DNA of 64,000 bases from an uncultured Candidatus Binatia bacterium (GTDB lineage Bacteria; Desulfobacterota; Binatia; Bin18). The stretch covers positions 1,024,001 through 1,088,000 of the forward strand of contig OZ241744.1 in assembly GCA_965200965.1 (NCBI GenBank), in the 5' to 3' direction. A program made the position numbers and the translations under genes. This document shows, piece by piece, positions 46,323 through 54,978 of the stretch. Position 1 is the stretch's first letter. Every line of letters starts with the position of its first letter. A model generated the notes under the pieces. The model saw nothing but the letters and a program-made list of their open reading frames with translations, did no database searches and was not told where the DNA came from.

Positions 46323-47450
46323 CTAGGCCGAGGCGGCCAGTTCGGTATAGCCGTTCTGCTCCTTGGGCAGTTTGAAGGCGGCGTCGTGCTGCAACACCGG
46401 CAGAATCCTCTCGGCAAACAACTGATAGCTGCGGCGCAGTTTATCAATCGGCAGACCACCAAAGCCGAAGGTGTTCACCACATGCTCAAGGGCGACGGTC
46501 GAATGGATGTAGCGGAACTTTTCCAGCACTTGGTCGGCTGTGCCGGCCGCGTGCAGGCTGCGGTAGAAGGCCACCGCCTTGGCTTTGGCCTCTGCATCGG
46601 CGTTCAGCTTGGCGTAGGTTTTTGCCATCTTGCCGTAGAACTCATAGCCCTTGACCTCGTTCAAACGGCCCGAGGAGAAGCGATAGTGGTTTTCGATGGA
46701 GTCGAACATGGCCCCCATGTGAATCTGGGCCAGGTCCTCGGCCTCTTGGGCGTCGTCTGACACCAGGACATTGAACAGGCCGATCGGCGGACGCGGCTGA
46801 AAGCCGCTGGCCTGTGCGTTCTCGACATAGCGCTGGTAATCCGCGGCCGTATCTTCCCAGCTCCGCTGGGCAATAATCAGTACACCCAGCCCCAGCTTGG
46901 CCATGATCTCGGCCGACTCAGGGCTGACCGAAGAGGCGTAAAAGCGCTGCTCCGGACGGGAGATCGGCCGCGGCCGGATCTGGATTTCGGGAATCTGGTA
47001 GTACTTGCCGTCGTAGGAGAAGCTATCCTGGGTCAGACCCTTGCGGACAATCTCGGCGCACTCGACAAAGCGCTCACGCGACTCGTGCATTGGAATGCGG
47101 TAGCCCTCATACTCGACCGTGGCCGCCCCGCGGCCAAAGCCGATAATGGTCCGGCCGTTTGACAGCACGTCGAGCAGGGCAATGTTCTCGGCCACCTCAA
47201 CCGGGTCGTGCCACGGCAGCACAATCACCGCCGTGCCAAGCTGGACCCGCTTTGTGCGGCCGGCAAAATAGCTCAGCATCTGGGTCGGGTCCGGCGACAT
47301 GGTATAGCCGGTGAAATGGTGGTCCAGGGCCCAGATCGAGTCAAAACCCATGTCTTCGGCCATATCGGCCAGCGCCAGTTCCTCCTGATAGGTCTGGAAA
47401 TCAGGTTTGCTGCTAAAACTCGTCAATTGGGGGATCATGCCAACTTTCAT
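46323..47450 (-). CDS. LLM-class flavin-dependent oxidoreductase
   Basis: GFDSIWALDHHF, VQLGTAVIVLPWHDP, LSNGR..IGFGRG. Confidence 0.92.
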   Translation of the reverse strand: MKVGMIPQLTSFSSKPDFQTYQEELALADMAEDMGFDSIWALDHHFTGYTMSPDPTQMLSYFAGRTKRVQLGTAVIVLPWHDPVEVAENIALLDVLSNGRTIIGFGRGAATVEYEGYRIPMHESRERFVECAEIVRKGLTQDSFSYDGKYYQIPEIQIRPRPISRPEQRFYASSVSPESAEIMAKLGLGVLIIAQRSWEDTAADYQRYVENAQASGFQPRPPIGLFNVLVSDDAQEAEDLAQIHMGAMFDSIENHYRFSSGRLNEVKGYEFYGKMAKTYAKLNADAEAKAKAVAFYRSLHAAGTADQVLEKFRYIHSTVALEHVVNTFGFGGLPIDKLRRSYQLFAERILPVLQHDAAFKLPKEQNGYTELAASA

Positions 47451-47473
47451 ACCGTCCTCCTTGTTTTTTCATC

Positions 47474-48160
47474 GTGATAGCCGGGGCTGTCCTGGATAGT
47501 ACCACCTTATACAAACGGAAAAAAGATGCAAGCAGACATCACGCCCGGCTGCCTGTCTGGGACGGTCGGTTGTCTGAAATGCTTGCCAGACACGGCAATC
47601 CCAGGCATGGTCTTGGGGTGAGCGATTTCCGATCTTTCAGTTGGACGACCGGTCATGCTGAGCTTGACCGTCTGCTCCGGCGGGCGGTGGCGGGCTGGGA
47701 GCGGCTGGCGCTTCAGACCGACCTGACGGCCTCGGATCAGCTCAACGCCCTCCCCCCAGGGCTGCTCGGGCCTGATGCCGGTGTTCCCCCCAACTGGGCC
47801 GCGACCTACTATATGATGCCCCCCGCCGATCAAGTCCTGCTCGCCTTTGCCTGGCTCCACTGGTGGCAGCAATCATCGGCCCAGGAACCCGGCTTTGCCG
47901 GCTGGTTAGTCCGGGGGCCCGGCTTGTCCCTCAACCATGCCGCACTGTTGAAGGTCCTGACCCAGCAGAGCGACGGCGTGCTAGGAGTCTTGCACGGCTT
48001 TTTAGACACGATCGTTGAGCAAGCCGGCGACTGGGACGGAGACCGGACCGAGCGGCCGGACCTTGTCCGCCTGCTCACCGGCCTTGACGCCGAGTATCGA
48101 TATACTATCCACGACCGTGAGTTGTGGCCGGCGGTCCTGGACTTGGCCCAGACCGACTGA
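47474..48160 (+). CDS. Hypothetical protein (start uncertain, possibly GTG ~47618)
   Basis: Long ORF with normal codon usage filling the gap before the NYN gene; no motif recognised. Confidence 0.55.
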   Translation: MIAGAVLDSTTLYKRKKDASRHHARLPVWDGRLSEMLARHGNPRHGLGVSDFRSFSWTTGHAELDRLLRRAVAGWERLALQTDLTASDQLNALPPGLLGPDAGVPPNWAATYYMMPPADQVLLAFAWLHWWQQSSAQEPGFAGWLVRGPGLSLNHAALLKVLTQQSDGVLGVLHGFLDTIVEQAGDWDGDRTERPDLVRLLTGLDAEYRYTIHDRELWPAVLDLAQTD

Positions 48161-48225
48161 ACCGACACATCGGCCCGTGGAGACAAGAGCTTGGAACCGG
48201 GTGTTGAAGGTTCACTGGAGGACCC

Positions 48226-48825
48226 ATGCCCAGAAGAAGAAAAAAATCCGCACGACAACCATCGTCGAAAAACTCGGGGAAAATTCAAATCAGAACTGGA
48301 CGAGCCCGAGACCACGGAGAACTCGCAAACGAGCTTGTCCACATCTTTGTGGATGACCAGAACTTGTTTTGGGGAATTGTAAACGATCGCTATGGACCAC
48401 AGTTCAGAATCAATTTTGGAAGGCTCCTCATTGAATCTGCCAAGGTTTCCGATGGACACCCACGAGGAGTCGCTAGTGCTTATATTGCGGGTGTAATCCC
48501 GGACAACGATTCGTTTTGGGAAACTGCGAAAAATCAAGGGTTTGAGGTACGTCGAGGATTTTTGGGTTCGAAAAACAGATCGAAACAAGATGATACTTAT
48601 CTGGTTAGAGATTTGACACAAACGATTTGTGAAAAAGAAGGTCCGTCAACGATCGTCCTTGTTGCTGGAGATGCTGATTATGTACCTCCTCTGGAACTCG
48701 CCCTGGAAAGGGGATGGCGAGTCGAAGTTGCATTCACGGGCCGAGGAGTGTCAGGTTCTTTGGAGCCTGTTACTCACGAATTCAGGATCATATCACCATC
48801 AGCGATTGAGCGTATCGCATACTGA
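48226..48825 (+). CDS. NYN domain predicted ribonuclease
   Basis: VHIFVDDQNL, SKQDDTYL..D, IVLVAGDADYVP, GWRVEV; RBS GGAGG; AT-richer than flanks. Confidence 0.85.
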   Translation: MPRRRKKSARQPSSKNSGKIQIRTGRARDHGELANELVHIFVDDQNLFWGIVNDRYGPQFRINFGRLLIESAKVSDGHPRGVASAYIAGVIPDNDSFWETAKNQGFEVRRGFLGSKNRSKQDDTYLVRDLTQTICEKEGPSTIVLVAGDADYVPPLELALERGWRVEVAFTGRGVSGSLEPVTHEFRIISPSAIERIAY

Positions 48826-48900
48826 CCACCGAAGAAACCCTCCGGCAATGACGAGGACAAGAGCCGTCAAGACATCCACAACTATCTCACCCCACGCCGC

Positions 48901-50049
48901 TTACTCGTCCTCATAGCCGAGTTGCTCGTTGAGACGCGCAAGGGCTTCGACATAGCCGCTGGCCATATCCCGGACCACGTCGCGCGCCGAACGCAGCGTA
49001 TTGTGTCCGCCAATGCCCTGGCCGGTCGGATAGGTGTATAGCTGGTAGGCCCCGGAGTCGGCAGTCACTCCCGGCGCTTTCATGCCGCGATCAATCCGGC
49101 GCAGGTAGTTATAGGCCAGGATGCTCTGGAGCGGGGTTGTCAGCGGTTCCGGCGTGTCGGGGCGCTCCCACTCGTCGGTCCACTTGGAGCGCAGAAAGCG
49201 GGCCGGCTTGCCGGTCAGAGATGTCGTGCGGACCGTGCTGCTTGAGTCAGCCGCCAGCAGCTTGTCTTTGGCCATCCGCTCCAGCTCGGACTCGGTCGTG
49301 GTCAGCCACACCGTTCCGCACCACACCCCTTGAGCGCCGAGCGCCATAGCCGCGGCCATCTGGCGGCCGTTGCCAATACCGCCCGCCCCCAAGACCGGCG
49401 TTGGCGCAACCGCGTCCACAATCTCTGGGATCAACACCATCCCGCCGATGTCTCCGGTATGGCCGCCGGCCTCGTAGGACTGGGCAATGATGACATCAAC
49501 CTCGGCTTCTTTATGCCGCAGGGCATGACGCGTTCTGCCGGCCAGCGCGCCAACAAAAATGCCTTTTTTATGCGCGGCTTCAACCACATGGGCGGGCGGG
49601 GTACCGAGCGCGCTGACCAGAAACCTGGCCCGATGCTCCAGGGCGATGTCAATAATCCCCCTGGCCTCTTTCTGCGAGTAACGCAGCCCGCGCCCCTTGG
49701 CCGACGGCGCGTCGGGTGGCAGCCCGGGCACCCCCGCCCGTTCCAAAAGGTCGTCCAGGAATTTTTTATGGGCTTCAGGAATACGCTGCGCGAGCGTGTC
49801 ATGTGCCAGCCCGCCTTTCTCGGCCCCGACATAGTTGGCCGGCATCATCAGATCGACACCGTAGGGAATATCTCCCAGCTGCTCCTCTATCCACCTCAGG
49901 TCAATCTCCAGCCGCTCGTCGGTATGAATCGCCGCCCCGAGCACGCCGAGTCCGCCGGCTTTACTGACCGCGACGACCACATCCCGGCAGTGGGTGAAGG
50001 CAAAAACAGGCAGCGCAATTCCGAACATTTCGGTCAGTGGGGTTGGCAT
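48901..50049 (-). CDS. Nitronate monooxygenase/enoyl-ACP reductase II family
   Basis: AVSKAGGLGVLG, EAGGHTG, VLGAGGIGNGR, GVWCGT. Confidence 0.9.
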   Translation of the reverse strand: MPTPLTEMFGIALPVFAFTHCRDVVVAVSKAGGLGVLGAAIHTDERLEIDLRWIEEQLGDIPYGVDLMMPANYVGAEKGGLAHDTLAQRIPEAHKKFLDDLLERAGVPGLPPDAPSAKGRGLRYSQKEARGIIDIALEHRARFLVSALGTPPAHVVEAAHKKGIFVGALAGRTRHALRHKEAEVDVIIAQSYEAGGHTGDIGGMVLIPEIVDAVAPTPVLGAGGIGNGRQMAAAMALGAQGVWCGTVWLTTTESELERMAKDKLLAADSSSTVRTTSLTGKPARFLRSKWTDEWERPDTPEPLTTPLQSILAYNYLRRIDRGMKAPGVTADSGAYQLYTYPTGQGIGGHNTLRSARDVVRDMASGYVEALARLNEQLGYEDE

Positions 50050-51182
50050 GTCGTGCTCCGTGCCGAGCGTCCTTGCGGTCCCGCCTCATCCACCGGCGGG
50101 AGCCATTTGAGGTCTTGAAAGCGTCTAATCCACTTGCGGAAACAGTCTTCGGTGTCCATGCAGTCCGGGAAGCCGGCCTGGCGGAGTTTGATGGTACTGA
50201 CCAGCATGGGCGGCGGCGACTGGTCTTTGGCCCCAAAACCAAACGAAAAATCGGCCAGGATGAACGACTGGCCGACATACGCTTGGAGGCTTTTCGGGGC
50301 GTGCAGCCCGTACTTGTCCACAATCGCCGCCCATTCGGCCTCCCGCCCGGGCATTGTTTCGGCCAGCGAGCACGGCTCCGGCGGCCCGACCTCCATGCCG
50401 AACGCCTCGGCGATGACCGGCCAGACATGCTGCCACACGAACACATCGCCGTTGGTGATATTGAATATCTCGTTCTGGGCGGCTGGCGCACTGGCCGCCC
50501 ACTCAAACGCCCGGGCGTGGACATCGGTATCAATGGCTTCAAGCACAAACGGCGGCCCGCCGGGAAAAGACAGTGGCAGCCCGGCTTCTTTTCGCAGCGC
50601 GGCATACACCCCGAGGGCGGGAAACACGTTCATCTGGCTGCCCAGCGACTCGCCAAGAATCAGCTGTGGGCGCCACACCGTCCAATGCCACTGCTTGCCG
50701 AGCTGGCGGTCGCGCAAATAGTCCTGCTGCAACCAGTAGAAGTTCTGGTGCTTATGCCGTGGCCAGCGTTCACGGGCCGGAACCGGAAACGGCTCGATAT
50801 GCACGCCATAGGCCTTGGTGCCCTGCAACAGCGAGACCTGCTGCAAATCTGTGGCCGCAGCCTCAAGCGGGTCAAACAGATTATCCAGCATAGCCAAGTT
50901 GGTCTGCATCTGGTCCTGCTCAAACCAGCCCTGGACCAGCCCCGGCTTCTCGTACAGCGCGGCATAGACCACATGGGTCACATCCGACATCCGGCCAAAG
51001 ACCTCGGCACAGCGGGCCTTGTCCTGGAGATCGACCGAAATAACCTCCGCTCCCTCCAGGCCGTCAGGAATCCGCCGTGACACGCCCACCACATCCCAGT
51101 CCTCAAGCCGGGCAAAATGCCTGACCGCGGCAAAGCCGACCAGCCCGGACGCGCCGGCAACCAGCATCTTTTTCTTTGGCAT
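50034..51182 (-). CDS. PRISE-family SDR (paralog of 26510-27607)
   Basis: GASGLVG, GVSRR, QGTKAYG, NFYW, FNITNGD. Confidence 0.88.
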   Translation of the reverse strand: MPKKKMLVAGASGLVGFAAVRHFARLEDWDVVGVSRRIPDGLEGAEVISVDLQDKARCAEVFGRMSDVTHVVYAALYEKPGLVQGWFEQDQMQTNLAMLDNLFDPLEAAATDLQQVSLLQGTKAYGVHIEPFPVPARERWPRHKHQNFYWLQQDYLRDRQLGKQWHWTVWRPQLILGESLGSQMNVFPALGVYAALRKEAGLPLSFPGGPPFVLEAIDTDVHARAFEWAASAPAAQNEIFNITNGDVFVWQHVWPVIAEAFGMEVGPPEPCSLAETMPGREAEWAAIVDKYGLHAPKSLQAYVGQSFILADFSFGFGAKDQSPPPMLVSTIKLRQAGFPDCMDTEDCFRKWIRRFQDLKWLPPVDEAGPQGRSARSTTCQPH

Positions 51183-51208
51183 GGAACACCTCGCTTGATC
51201 GTACAGCT

Positions 51209-51457
51209 CTAGTAGCGGTCAATCCACTCCCGGCTCTCCAGCCGGGCAAAGTCATCGGCCTCGTTCTGGCTCATGAAGCGCCGGCCGCATTCGCTGAACG
51301 GACAATACTCATGCACTGCGCCATCCAGCAACCGGAACACCCGCGCCCCAGGCTGCCATTCTCCACTGTCAAGCCGTTTTGAGCGTGGTTCGATGATGAA
51401 TCCTCCATGCAACTCGGCTGCCCCCATGATACCGACCTCCTGCCCGTTTCTTCCCAT
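51209..51457 (-). CDS. Small hypothetical protein
   Basis: GFIIEPRSKRLDSGEW..., F.SQNEAD...ESREWID; likely start near 51427 after GGAGG. Confidence 0.5.
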   Translation of the reverse strand: MGRNGQEVGIMGAAELHGGFIIEPRSKRLDSGEWQPGARVFRLLDGAVHEYCPFSECGRRFMSQNEADDFARLESREWIDRY

Positions 51458-51531
51458 CCGTCATACCATCTCAAGGCAGGTTCGCCTATCAAGACAGGCC
51501 GTTTTTCCGGCCGGGACAACAGGGTTTGCTC

Positions 51532-51560
51532 TCAAACAGGAGTATGATACACTGGTTTGA
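51532..51560. promoter_or_regulatory. Candidate TetR operator (two overlapping imperfect palindromes)
   Basis: TCAAAC-N4-GTATGA overlapping TGATAC-N4-GTTTGA directly before ATG 51562. Confidence 0.45.
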
Positions 51561-51561
51561 A

Positions 51562-52204
51562 ATGAGCCTGAGCGAAAAAAGCAAAGCTGCCCGCCAGAAG
51601 CTGTCAGCGGTCGTAACCGAGGTCTTTGTCAACAAAGGCTTTCAGGCGGCCGGCGTCCGTGAAATCTGCACCACCGCGGGAGCGAATCCAGCCGGCTGTC
51701 AACTATCATTCTGGCGGCAAAATGGAACTCTACAGGGCGTTTTATCCCGCGCCTTTGAAAACTGTCAGCCACCCCGGCGCAGGAGCAGATGCGGGCTGGG
51801 TCATCTGGAACGCTGAGCGCATGCTCGGTGCCGCAGGCCATGCCGTCTATGCCTTGATCGTCAAAGAACTGCACGAGCCGACCCTGGCCTTTGACGAGTT
51901 TTTTGAGCGCTCCATGCAGCCCATCTATGCAGCCGGCGAGGAGTTGATTGCCGCCGTTTTCGGCGTCAGCCAGGACCAGCTGTTCGTGCAGCCGTGCTGC
52001 ACCAGTGTGTTCGGCCAATGCCTGATCTCCCGCTATTCACGGCCGATCATTGAACGCTTTCAGCGCCACGCCAGCCCGGCCCAGCTCGAACGCATTCGAA
52101 GTTTCCTGCGCCACGACCCGGATGTCATCTCCGGCCTTGCCAACTATATTGCCGACTTTTCGCTGGCCGGCATCACCGCTCAGGCCCAGCGTATGGGGAA
52201 ATAG
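51562..52204 (+). pseudogene. TetR/AcrR (CecR-like) regulator with frameshift in the HTH
   Basis: EVFVNKGFQAAGVREICTTAGANP in one frame, AVNYHSGGK.ELY in the next; extra base near 51691. Confidence 0.8.
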
Positions 52205-52212
52205 CAGCGACC

Positions 52213-53733
52213 ATGCCGCCTCTTCAGCACCCAGCTTCACGCCCCCGCTATCAGTCGCCCGGGCTGCTTCAGCCCTGGGGCGTGACCCTCCTCATCCTGG
52301 TCTGGGTAGCTGCCGGCTGTAGCCCGTATCAGGTGCGGACCCTGAACCGGCCCCAAGTCCCGGTGCCGGAAACCTACCATCACCGCCTGGCCGGCGAGCG
52401 CGTGATCGGCGAATGGTGGCAGGAGTTCAACAACCCGGCGCTTAGCGCGATGGTGGAACGGGCCCTGGAGAACAGCCTGGACATCAGACAGTTGTGGAGC
52501 CGGCTCACCCAGGCCTATGCCCAGGCTCGGATTGAGGGTGCCGAGATATTCCCGCGGGTGGGTCTGAACGGCGGCGTGGCCCGGACCCATCAGCTTGACC
52601 GGGACGCCCAGGCCCCGTTTGGCGGCCAAGCCGGGCCGTCCACCCGGATTACCCACACCGACCGCTATTTTGTGTCCACCGGCCTGTCATACGAAATTGA
52701 TGTGTGGCAGCGGATTGCCGCCCGCCGCCGCGCGGCCACCCTTGAGTATCAGGCCAGCCGTCAGGATGTCGAAGCCAGCGCCCTGCTTATCACCGGCTCG
52801 GTCGTAGACGCCTGGTTCATTCTCCAGGAACAGAAGGCGCTGCTGGCCCTGCTGGAAGAGCAGATCGAGATCAGCCAATCCTTGCTCGATCTGACCGAGG
52901 TGCGCTTCGGAGTCGGAACCGGCTCTGCGGTTGATGTATTGCAGCAGCGCCAGCAGTTGGCCGCTACCCGGTCCGAAGTTCCGCGTGTCCGCGCAACCCT
53001 CAATACCGCCTCTAACCGGCTGGCGGTCTTGCTCGGGGCCGCCCCAGGCGCGCTCGATAGCAGCGTCCCGGACGAAGCCCTGCCCGACCTGCCCCCGTTT
53101 CCCGAGTTGGGTGATCCGGCCGAGTTGCTGATGGCTCGCCCAGACCTGCGCTCCGCCCAACTCCGCCTCCAGGCCGCAGACTTTCGGGTCGCCACCGCGG
53201 TGGCCGAACGGCTGCCACGACTGGCCCTTGACCTGTCGTACGAGTTCAGCGCCCGCAGTTTTTCGACCGTCTTCCGCCAAGAGACCGGCTCCCTGGTCGG
53301 CAACTTGGTCACGCCGGTTATTGACGGCGGTCAGCGTCGCAACCAGGTCTTGCGCCACAAGGCCGTCGTTCAGGAGCGGCTCGACCGCTTTGGCCAGCAG
53401 TATCTCCAGGCCCTGCTCGAAATCGAAGACGCCCTGACCCGGGAGCGTTTTCAGGTCGAGTTGATCGACAATCTGGAAAGCCGGATTGGACTGGCCGAGG
53501 CAACCCTGCAAGAGTCGCAGTCACGCTATATGCACGGCCTGGTCAACTATGTGACCGTCCTGATCGCGGTCCAATCCCTCCAGGGCCTCGAGCGCCGGCT
53601 GATCGGCGAAAAACGCCGCCTGCTGAGCAATCGCGCTGGCCTGTATCGGGCGCTGGGCGGACGCTGGACGGGGAGGCTCGCCGCCCCTCCCAGCCTTCAG
53701 TTTGTGCGCACCACAGCCGTCAGGACACACTGA
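52213..53733 (+). CDS. RND efflux outer-membrane lipoprotein (NodT/OprM family)
   Basis: VAAGC lipobox, WWQEFNNP.L, SYEIDVW, LLMARPDLR.A, LYRALGG.W. Confidence 0.9.
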   Translation: MPPLQHPASRPRYQSPGLLQPWGVTLLILVWVAAGCSPYQVRTLNRPQVPVPETYHHRLAGERVIGEWWQEFNNPALSAMVERALENSLDIRQLWSRLTQAYAQARIEGAEIFPRVGLNGGVARTHQLDRDAQAPFGGQAGPSTRITHTDRYFVSTGLSYEIDVWQRIAARRRAATLEYQASRQDVEASALLITGSVVDAWFILQEQKALLALLEEQIEISQSLLDLTEVRFGVGTGSAVDVLQQRQQLAATRSEVPRVRATLNTASNRLAVLLGAAPGALDSSVPDEALPDLPPFPELGDPAELLMARPDLRSAQLRLQAADFRVATAVAERLPRLALDLSYEFSARSFSTVFRQETGSLVGNLVTPVIDGGQRRNQVLRHKAVVQERLDRFGQQYLQALLEIEDALTRERFQVELIDNLESRIGLAEATLQESQSRYMHGLVNYVTVLIAVQSLQGLERRLIGEKRRLLSNRAGLYRALGGRWTGRLAAPPSLQFVRTTAVRTH

Positions 53734-54974
53734 TGACACACCGCATAAAACGCCTCCTTCAAGCCCTGCTCCCGGTCCTTATTCTGGGCGGCGGGGTGAT
53801 AGGTGCCCGGGCGTTGATCGCCAGCCGGCCGGCGGCCCAGAAAGCGGCTCCGCGGGCAGCCGCGACCGTTGTCGAAGTCCTTACCGTTCACTCCGAAGAT
53901 ATCCGCGCGGTGATTTCAGCCTTTGGCACAGTCCGGGCCCACCAGGAACTCAGCGTTCATCCCCAGGTCGGCGGCTATGTGACCCAGCAACACGCCAACC
54001 TGATCAAAGGCGGCCTGTTGCAGGCCGGCGAGGTGTTGTTGCGGATTGACCCCCGCGACTACGTCTACGCGCTTGAGATCCAGCAGGGGGCGCTGGCCAA
54101 AGCCGAGTTTGAACTCCAGCTTGAGCTTGGCAGGCAGGTCATTGCCCAGCGCGAGTGGGAGCTGCTTGAGCCGTCGATCGAGACCAGCGAAATGGGCAAA
54201 CAGCTGGCCCTGCGCAAACCCCATCTGCACGAAAAACAGGCAGCGGTCGCCGCGGCCAAAAGCCGCCTGGCCAAGGCCCAACTGGACCTCCAGCGAACCA
54301 CCCTGACCGCCCCGTGCAACGCTCTGGTCCTGGAGGAGTCGGTCGAGGTCGGCCAACTCGTCATGTCCCAGACTCCCCTGGCCCGCTTGGTGTGTACCGA
54401 CGCCTTTCGGGTCGAGGTCAGCATCCCCATGCACGATCTGGCCTGGGTCAACATCCCCGGTCCGACGCGGGCCAACGGCTCACAGGTGCGGGTGGTTCGG
54501 GACCTGGGGAATGACAGGACCGCCGTGCGCCAGGGAGCGGTCGCCGGCCTGCTCGGCGATGTGTCACAAAACGGTCGCATGGCCCGCCTGCTGGTCCTGG
54601 TTGACGATCCCCTGAGCCGCAAGCAATCCCAGAACCGGCGGCTGCCACTGTTGCTCGGAGAGTATGTGCGGGTCGAAATTGACGGCCCGCAGTTGACCGA
54701 TGTGTTTGTCCTGCCCCGCGGCGCGCTCCGGGAAGGCAGCCGGATATGGGTCAAAAACGCCGACAACCAACTGGAGATCCGCCAGGCCGAAGTCGCCCTG
54801 GGCAGACCCGACTCGCTGCTGATTCAGCGCGGCCTGCGGGACGGCGACCGGGTGATTACCAGCCCCCTGCCCGTCGCCCTGCCCGGCATGGCCCTGCAAA
54901 GCGCGCCCGATCCCTCGCCCCCGACCTCCCCGGCCGAGACGCGCCCCCTCACGCTTGACGCAGACCCGGTCTGA
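53733..54974 (+). CDS. RND periplasmic adaptor (MFP)
   Basis: N-terminal TM, PQVGG.V, LLRIDPRDY, L.RT.L.AP, GLRDGDRVI. Confidence 0.9.
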   Translation: MTHRIKRLLQALLPVLILGGGVIGARALIASRPAAQKAAPRAAATVVEVLTVHSEDIRAVISAFGTVRAHQELSVHPQVGGYVTQQHANLIKGGLLQAGEVLLRIDPRDYVYALEIQQGALAKAEFELQLELGRQVIAQREWELLEPSIETSEMGKQLALRKPHLHEKQAAVAAAKSRLAKAQLDLQRTTLTAPCNALVLEESVEVGQLVMSQTPLARLVCTDAFRVEVSIPMHDLAWVNIPGPTRANGSQVRVVRDLGNDRTAVRQGAVAGLLGDVSQNGRMARLLVLVDDPLSRKQSQNRRLPLLLGEYVRVEIDGPQLTDVFVLPRGALREGSRIWVKNADNQLEIRQAEVALGRPDSLLIQRGLRDGDRVITSPLPVALPGMALQSAPDPSPPTSPAETRPLTLDADPV

Positions 54975-54978
54975 ACCC

